DNA from: Vicinamibacteria bacterium | Lineage (GTDB): Bacteria; Acidobacteriota; Vicinamibacteria; Marinacidobacterales; Marinacidobacteraceae | NCBI GenBank assembly: GCA_964291235.2 | Contig: OZ219816.1 | Span: forward strand, 1,984,001 to 2,048,000 | Direction of reading: 5' to 3' | DNA: 64,000 nt | Shown here: positions 58,494 through 64,000 of the stretch, in pieces | Numbering within the stretch: position 1 is the first letter of the stretch | How the letters are laid out: each line of letters opens with the position of its first letter | The notes under the pieces: generated by a model | Database searches by the model: none | What the model was told of the DNA's origin: nothing | The model's input: only the letters and a program-made list of their open reading frames with translations | Translations under genes and position numbers: made by a program

Positions 58494-58857
58494 TCTCGTG
58501 GAAAGTCCACCAGGAGAACTGGGCCGGCCTCCAGGCCGGCACAGCCCGCCGTAGGCGGGCGGCGGGACGGACCTGGCTGGCCGGGATGGCTCCCTCTTTC
58601 GGAGGGACCCCGTGAGCGCGAGTGGCGAGGAACCGCCCGCGGCGCTCCGCGCCGCTGTGCCGACCTGGAGGTCGGCGTTCCCGTGCCTACCCGCTGTCCG
58701 TGCGGTCGGGGTCAGCGCCTGACGCGTTCTCCCGACATTGTCAACAGGTTGGCGTGATCCGCGCGGCACGTGGGGCCATGAGTATGAGAAACCCGGGCTA
58801 AGACACCCGGGGGCTCGCACCGCCCGGCGGGACCAGCCGGGGAGCCCTTCCCCGCGC

Positions 58858-60432
58858 CTATCCCTCCTCCCAAAGACGCGGATAGAAGGGCTGGAATTTG
58901 AATTGGGAGTCGGGGTCGGCCAGTCCGCCGCCGGAGGCGCGGCGGACGAACTCCGCCGGTTCCAGAGTCGCGGAGCGCACCGCGCCGAGACGGCGGCTCG
59001 CGCGCTTCGCCCGGTACTCCAGATTCTGCCCGGCAAGCAGCTCGTCGAGTCGTTCCGCCAGCCCCGGCGGAAGCGCACCCGACCCGTTTTCCCGCCGAAC
59101 CACGGCGAGTTGGTAGCAGGGAAGCTCCGCTCCGCCTGGATCCCGCGGGAAGATCGCCAGCCAGAATTCCTCGCGCAAGCCGGGATGCTCGGTGTCCAGA
59201 ACCTCGAGAGCACATCCGACCTGTTCGGCGGTGATCTTTTCGCCCGTGAAAGACCAGCCAAGGCCGCGTCGGCCGACAAAGCGCAGATCCGGCAGGCCGG
59301 CGATGAATCTCTCGACCCGAAAGAGATCCCCCGTTGCGTAGCGCCGGAGGCCGAACCGGTGACTCACCACCATCTCGTACGTCGTATCCGGGTTCAGATC
59401 GCGGGCGCCCGACAGGGAAGCCAGCGGTCCCGCCGCGGACGACTCCCGGAACTCGTGAAGGACTCCGGGGGCGGCTGGCAGAAACGCCGTATCCCCCCGG
59501 CGGTAGTCCGGAATGGTCTCGATCGTTTCGGTGGACATCGAAAACATCGGCTCCCGCCGATAGCGCGGCAGGGGAAGACGCCGGTCCAGCCGTTCGAGAA
59601 ACGGCCGCACACTGCCTCCCGTCCAGCACACGTAGGTCGTGAAAGCCGGATTCCAGAGCGCCGCCGGGAGCGGCGACGAGCTTTCCGACACCCGCCGCAG
59701 GCGGGCTGCCGAGCCCCGCGAAGCGAGCCTCCCGAGAATCCGCCGGGCGAACGGAGATACCCCTTTCCCGTCGCGCACGACGTCCCGGACGAGCCTCCGG
59801 GCTGCCTTCCAGTCCGCCTCCAATTCCTCAAGAAAACCGCTCAGCGTGGACGGGTTCGTGGCGTAGAGGATCCCGGGATTCGAGAGCGTGAGCACCAGCA
59901 AGCGCAGCGCGGTGGCCCCGTACCGGTCCTTCAGATCGAGGAAAGCCGGATCCGACTGAGCGCGGTAGGGAGCCTGGAGCAACACGAACCAGGGCGGTGC
60001 GCGGCGCTCGCGGACGAGCAGCCAGCTCAGCGAGCGATCCGGCTCAAGCGCCCCGAAGACGTAAAGGCTGGGACGCCGGATCCGGCGCTCCGCAATGAGG
60101 CGGAGCATCCCGTCCACGAATACGGCGCGGGTCGCTCGCACCCGCTCCGGCGAATACGGGATGCGTTTCGGCTCACCCGCGGTGCCGGAGGTGAGTGCTA
60201 CCGGGGTCCCGCTGCGGTCATCCACCGCCGGCAGCGCAGGAGTGACCGGGGTGGCGGAAGTGATTCCCAGGCGCCTCGGCAGACGTCGTTCGCGATACGG
60301 ATGGAGCCGCAGCCGCGCCCGGTGGCGCAAAACGGCGGCGAGGCCCGCCAGGTGCAGGAGGGCGCCAATGGCCGAGCGACCGAGGTCATTCAGGAAACCT
60401 CGGAAATCGCGCCTCAATGAGGGCGCACCCAA
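58858..60432 (-). CDS. GH3-family acyl-adenylate/amido synthetase
   Basis: LTSGTAGEPKRIPY (GH3 motif I), MSTE, GLRRYATGD and FTGEKIT motifs. Confidence 0.85.
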   Translation of the reverse strand: MGAPSLRRDFRGFLNDLGRSAIGALLHLAGLAAVLRHRARLRLHPYRERRLPRRLGITSATPVTPALPAVDDRSGTPVALTSGTAGEPKRIPYSPERVRATRAVFVDGMLRLIAERRIRRPSLYVFGALEPDRSLSWLLVRERRAPPWFVLLQAPYRAQSDPAFLDLKDRYGATALRLLVLTLSNPGILYATNPSTLSGFLEELEADWKAARRLVRDVVRDGKGVSPFARRILGRLASRGSAARLRRVSESSSPLPAALWNPAFTTYVCWTGGSVRPFLERLDRRLPLPRYRREPMFSMSTETIETIPDYRRGDTAFLPAAPGVLHEFRESSAAGPLASLSGARDLNPDTTYEMVVSHRFGLRRYATGDLFRVERFIAGLPDLRFVGRRGLGWSFTGEKITAEQVGCALEVLDTEHPGLREEFWLAIFPRDPGGAELPCYQLAVVRRENGSGALPPGLAERLDELLAGQNLEYRAKRASRRLGAVRSATLEPAEFVRRASGGGLADPDSQFKFQPFYPRLWEEG

Positions 60433-61796
60433 GGCTCTCCCGAGCGCAGGAACGGCGGATCGGCCAAGGGCGCCACGAAGGCGTTCGCGATGAAGTCGAT
60501 GTCTTCCTCGCGGAGGAGGGCGGGATCCCAGGTGATCGTGACCACGGTCTGGTCGCTCTGAGACATGGCTGCGAAGTAGAGCGGATGCTGGCGGTGCAGG
60601 CAGCCGATCACCTCCATACCCGACACGTCGTTCAGCACCGGGTCGTCATCTCCCGGCCAGTGCTCCAGATGGGTGAAGCCGGCGCTCCCGAAGTCCGCCC
60701 ACGGCCGGTAGAGCCACCGGCGGAGGAACGGCGCCGCGACCGGAAAGAGCGCGGGAGGCACCGGCAGCGCGGGAATGGCCCATTCCCCCTGGCGTTTTTT
60801 CCGGTACACCAGCCGGCGCACCGAGCGGCAGCGCTCGAGAAACATCCGGCTCCTGACGGCGGACAACGGTTCCCGGTGAATCCGGATCCGCGAGGCGCCG
60901 TTTCCGAACCCGCGAAGCCACTCCTGCCGGGTGTTCACCGGCACCCACAAACCGATCCGATCCGCGGCCGCTCCACGATGCTCGTTCCAGGCCGCCAGCG
61001 CATCGAGCGCCGCCGCGAGCAGGCAGTCGTTCCAGCGGAATCCCCCGACCGTCTGCGCCAGGGAGGTAAGCGGCTCGCGCGGCACCTCGAAGGTGCGCCA
61101 GCAGCGGGCCGCCGACGGCGGCCCCGGACGCGTCGCGACGGGAGTGGAGGACCGGGCGCCGGGATTCCGGCGAGCCCCCTTGGGGGCTTCGTGGAGTTTG
61201 AGCGATCCGCGTTGCGGGCGGGGAAGCATCGTGTCGAGGCCGCGCGCCATCCGTAGTTGCCGCTGCACGAAGAGCAGCGTCCCGACGAGGTCGGACGCGG
61301 CATGGTGTACCTGGGTGACGAGGCTCCAGGAAGAGGGATCCCCGATTCCGAGCAACATCTGCCGCAGCGGAGGCCCCGCGGCGAGCGGGAACGGGGCCTC
61401 CAGAAACTCCTGGATCCGGGCAATGCGCTCTCCCTCCGGGAAGACCCGGATCGCGAGAGCGGGAGGCGCCGCGGGCTGCGGTTCCCACCTCGGTATGTCG
61501 AACGGCGGCCGGTACAGCCGGCTCGACGAGACCGGGTACACCAGGCGCGCGCCCTGAGCTCCGCGGTAGAGCGGCTCGAAGTCCGTCAGCGCCTGGGACG
61601 ACTGGCCGAGATCGAGTACGAACGCGAAGTCCAGTGGGCGTTCGGTCGAGTCCGCCAGCAGACACGCCAGGTCCGGCGTCGCGAGCGGGATGCGTCCGGT
61701 CAGGCGGCTTCCGACGGCGTTTCGCGCCAGATGTCGCGCCGGGGGATCCAGCGCCGATCGGGATCGCGCTCGACAAGCTGGTGGAGCTCGATCCAC
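60414..61796 (-). CDS. Condensation-domain-like / CoA-dependent acyltransferase
   Basis: VHHAASDLVG (HHxxxD), NDCLLAA and VPVNTR...FGN motifs. Start uncertain; the functional N-terminus is probably near 61700. Confidence 0.7.
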   Translation of the reverse strand: MDRAPPACRARSRSALDPPARHLARNAVGSRLTGRIPLATPDLACLLADSTERPLDFAFVLDLGQSSQALTDFEPLYRGAQGARLVYPVSSSRLYRPPFDIPRWEPQPAAPPALAIRVFPEGERIARIQEFLEAPFPLAAGPPLRQMLLGIGDPSSWSLVTQVHHAASDLVGTLLFVQRQLRMARGLDTMLPRPQRGSLKLHEAPKGARRNPGARSSTPVATRPGPPSAARCWRTFEVPREPLTSLAQTVGGFRWNDCLLAAALDALAAWNEHRGAAADRIGLWVPVNTRQEWLRGFGNGASRIRIHREPLSAVRSRMFLERCRSVRRLVYRKKRQGEWAIPALPVPPALFPVAAPFLRRWLYRPWADFGSAGFTHLEHWPGDDDPVLNDVSGMEVIGCLHRQHPLYFAAMSQSDQTVVTITWDPALLREEDIDFIANAFVAPLADPPFLRSGEPWVRPH

Positions 61797-62560
61797 GCGA
61801 GGTGCGGTCTCAGGTGGTGTTCCCGATGCATCGACAACCCGAAAGAGAACCAGTAAGCCAAACGGCCGAAGTAGTTGTGGGACCGGGCCGCGGGATCGCC
61901 GGTGGAGTACCCCTCATGGGTGAGATGGGCGAAGGGAATCCAGAGCACGAGCGATACCAGCACGCAGACCGGCAAGACCCCGGACACCAACCGCCAGGGG
62001 CCGACCAGCGCGGCGACCGGAAGATAGCAGGCCGCGATCGCCAGGTAGTTCCACACGAGATCGCGCGCATGGCCCCTTGGGAGGCCGCCGTGTCGCCGAA
62101 TCCAGAAGAACCATTGGTGCGGCATCGCGAGTGCCCGAAACGGGAGTTGCCAGCGGTGGGGCGTGTCCAGGAATAGATCCGGATCCTTCCCCGGCTGGTT
62201 GGTGTACTGGTGGTGCTGGAGGTGGGTGCCCCGGAAATTCGTGAAGGGAACCAGGCACGGCACGAGGGCCAGGCGGCCCCAGAAGGTGTTGGCCCGGCGC
62301 GTCCCGCCGAGAAGGCCGTGAACGCCTTCATGGGCCATCACCGTGCCGACGAAGGCGAGCCAGGTGCGGAAGAGCAGGTCCGCAGTCCAGCCCCACCAGG
62401 TGGTGGGAACCACGAGCAGCCCGGCAAAACTCAGCGTCATCAGCGAGAGAATTACCGTCCGGCTCAAAAGGTGCACCCGGCGAACCCGCCAGCGGCGGAG
62501 CGGCGCCGCAGTGGCGGGAGAATGGGCGCCGGGAACTGCGCGGTAGCGGTCTTCCGTCAC
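61700..62560 (-). CDS. Membrane fatty acid desaturase family protein
   Basis: Three His boxes HEGVH, HLQHH and HREHH, plus TM segments. Confidence 0.9.
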   Translation of the reverse strand: MTEDRYRAVPGAHSPATAAPLRRWRVRRVHLLSRTVILSLMTLSFAGLLVVPTTWWGWTADLLFRTWLAFVGTVMAHEGVHGLLGGTRRANTFWGRLALVPCLVPFTNFRGTHLQHHQYTNQPGKDPDLFLDTPHRWQLPFRALAMPHQWFFWIRRHGGLPRGHARDLVWNYLAIAACYLPVAALVGPWRLVSGVLPVCVLVSLVLWIPFAHLTHEGYSTGDPAARSHNYFGRLAYWFSFGLSMHREHHLRPHLAWIELHQLVERDPDRRWIPRRDIWRETPSEAA

Positions 62561-62676
62561 GGCCGTTCCTTACAACTTGTCCGGTCTTCACTCTAGCATT
62601 CGCCGTACCGCGAGATGGTCGGCCGGCAGGCCGCGCGTCAGCGGCCCAATTCCCGGAAGAAGGAGGGAAGCGCTCC

Positions 62677-64000
62677 ATGCCCCCAGCCACCTGTGACAAC
62701 GGCTATTTCCCCGCGGCAACCCGGCTCTCCCGGCGCCGCAAATCCACGGCGTGGCTCACGGCGGCAATCCTGGTGGCCGGCAGTCTCGCGGCTGGCCAGA
62801 CCGCCGACTCGGATTCCGGATCGGTCGCCACCGCAATCGGGGGTCTGAAGCTCCGCGGCATTGGCCCGGCCCTCATGGGCGGCCGCATCGCCGACATCGC
62901 GGTGCATCCGGAGCGGCGGTCCACCTGGTACGTCGTGGTGGGTTCCGGCGGGCTCTGGAAGACCGAAAACGGTGGCACCACCTGGAAACCGATCTTCGAC
63001 GAGTATCCGTCCTATTCCATCGGGACGGTGGCGCTCGACCCGTCGAACCCGGAGGTCGTATGGCTCGGCACCGGAGAGAACGTGAGCGGCCGCCACGTCG
63101 GCTGGGGCGACGGGGTGTACCGCAGCCGGGACGGTGGCGCCTCGTGGGACCAGGTCGGCCTGGCCGGTTCGCAGCACATCGGCAAGATCCTGGTGGATCC
63201 GCGCGACAGCGACACGGTGCTGGTGGCCGCCGAGGGACCGCTGTGGAACGGTGGGGGCGAGCGGGGCGTGTACCGGACCGAGGACGGAGGCACTACCTGG
63301 ACGCAGACGCTCGACCTCGGCCCCGATACGGGAACGACCGACCTGGAATTCGCGCCGGACGACCCGGACACCGTTTACGCCGCGGCCTACCAGCGGCGCC
63401 GGCACGTCTGGTCGTTCCTCGCTGGCGGCCCCGGTTCCGGAATCCACAAATCCGACGACGGCGGCCGCACCTTCCGGAAGATCACGACCGGCCTCCCCAA
63501 GGGAGACATCGGGAAGATCGGGCTCGCGGTGACGCCCGCCGACCCGCGCCTCGTCTACGCGACGATCGAGGCCGACGAGGAGGAACGGGGCTTTTACCGC
63601 TCGACCGACCGGGGCGAGAGCTTCGAACGCCGCAACCCGTACATCTCGGGTGGCACCGGGCCGCACTATTACCAGGAGATCGAGGCGTCCCCCACCGATC
63701 CGGACCTCGTTTACCAGATGGACGTCTTCTTCCACGTCACCCGGGACGGGGGCAAGACCTTCGACTATCTCGGCACCGGGCGCGAAAAGCACAGCGACAA
63801 CCACGCCCTCTGGATCGACCCCGATGACCCCGGCCACCTGCTCGGCGGCACGGACTCGGGGCTCTACGAGACCTACGACGAGGGCGTGACCTGGCGCCAC
63901 TTCCCGAACATGCCGGTCTCGCAGTTCTACAAAGTGGCCCTCAGCAACGCCGAACCGTTCTACGACGTGCTCGGGGGGGCGCAGGACCTCGGCACCGTGC
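62677..64000 (+). CDS. Secreted BNR/Asp-box (VPS10/sortilin-like) beta-propeller glycosyl hydrolase, truncated by the window end
   Basis: Manual translation from ATG 62677 (RBS AGGAGG) gives LRGIGPALMGGRIAD, GGLWKTENGGTTW, YRSRDGGASW, HSDNHALWIDP and GGAQD. Confidence 0.88.
   Translation, partial: MPPATCDNGYFPAATRLSRRRKSTAWLTAAILVAGSLAAGQTADSDSGSVATAIGGLKLRGIGPALMGGRIADIAVHPERRSTWYVVVGSGGLWKTENGGTTWKPIFDEYPSYSIGTVALDPSNPEVVWLGTGENVSGRHVGWGDGVYRSRDGGASWDQVGLAGSQHIGKILVDPRDSDTVLVAAEGPLWNGGGERGVYRTEDGGTTWTQTLDLGPDTGTTDLEFAPDDPDTVYAAAYQRRRHVWSFLAGGPGSGIHKSDDGGRTFRKITTGLPKGDIGKIGLAVTPADPRLVYATIEADEEERGFYRSTDRGESFERRNPYISGGTGPHYYQEIEASPTDPDLVYQMDVFFHVTRDGGKTFDYLGTGREKHSDNHALWIDPDDPGHLLGGTDSGLYETYDEGVTWRHFPNMPVSQFYKVALSNAEPFYDVLGGAQDLGTV

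Larger units (their letters stand above)
56971..58508 (+). mobile_element. IS110-family insertion sequence with CC core
   Basis: Removing 56971-58508 restores GGGAGCCCCCACCAGGAGAACTGGGCCGGCC, which matches the uninterrupted motif at 17318; CC occurs at both junctions; no TIRs, as expected for IS110. Confidence 0.9.
56866..58800. mobile_element. Family-B composite TIR/REP element interrupted by IS110
   Basis: Left TIR TAGTTCGGATTTCTCATACT (56866-56885) versus reverse complement of right TIR TAGCCCGGGTTTCTCATACT (58781-58800), 17/20 identical; internal inverted REP-like pair. Confidence 0.7.

Noticed and set aside
56971-58508. Terminal inverted repeats or a target-site duplication belonging to the IS110 itself
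   Set aside because: None seen beyond the 2-bp CC core; the nearby 20-bp inverted repeats belong to the outer host element.
46-63900. Numerous long antisense or alternate-frame ORFs (e.g. 18829-20853, 23606-25705, 45635-47716, 62638-63900)
   Set aside because: They are shadow ORFs expected at high GC. They overlap well-supported genes and give Arg/Pro/Gly-rich sequences with no family motifs.
1-64000. tRNA, rRNA, prophage, retron/RT or defence genes
   Set aside because: No such sequences or protein motifs were recognised in the window.

Overview
GC-rich (roughly 70% by eye) bacterial chromosomal window. The gene repertoire (DUF1549/1553 + DUF1501, two DUF1592-DUF1552-ankyrin cassettes, NHL/PAL-like and BNR/VPS10 secreted proteins) suggests an Acidobacteriota-like, possibly host-associated organism; that assignment is inference. 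Most of the window is transport, metabolism and secreted-enzyme genes: Fe3+ ABC transporter, HtrA, three SSS symporters, cofE + npdG, xth, PLP decarboxylase, DPP-IV, lhgO, pepA, acs and trkAH. The most interesting signals are non-coding. (1) An intact IS110 element (56971-58508) has a left-end RNA that can be decoded by eye as a bridge RNA: its target guides match the flanking DNA, its donor guides match the circle junction, the core is CC, and circularisation would create a -35/17 bp/-10 promoter. (2) The IS110 target overlaps an 18-bp unit, CCCCACCGGGAGAACTGG, present six times in the window and apparently inserted into REP-like palindromes and MITEs, giving a nest of TIR element > REP > 18-mer > IS110. 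(3) A 12-copy array of a near-invariant 16-mer (GCTACTGCGACATGTT) with alternating linkers and a period of about 32 bp lies between two convergent genes. Also notable are a desaturase / HHxxxD acyltransferase / GH3 ligase operon, normally cytoplasmic enzyme families carrying export signals, and an MFS gene broken by an 11-nt duplication.
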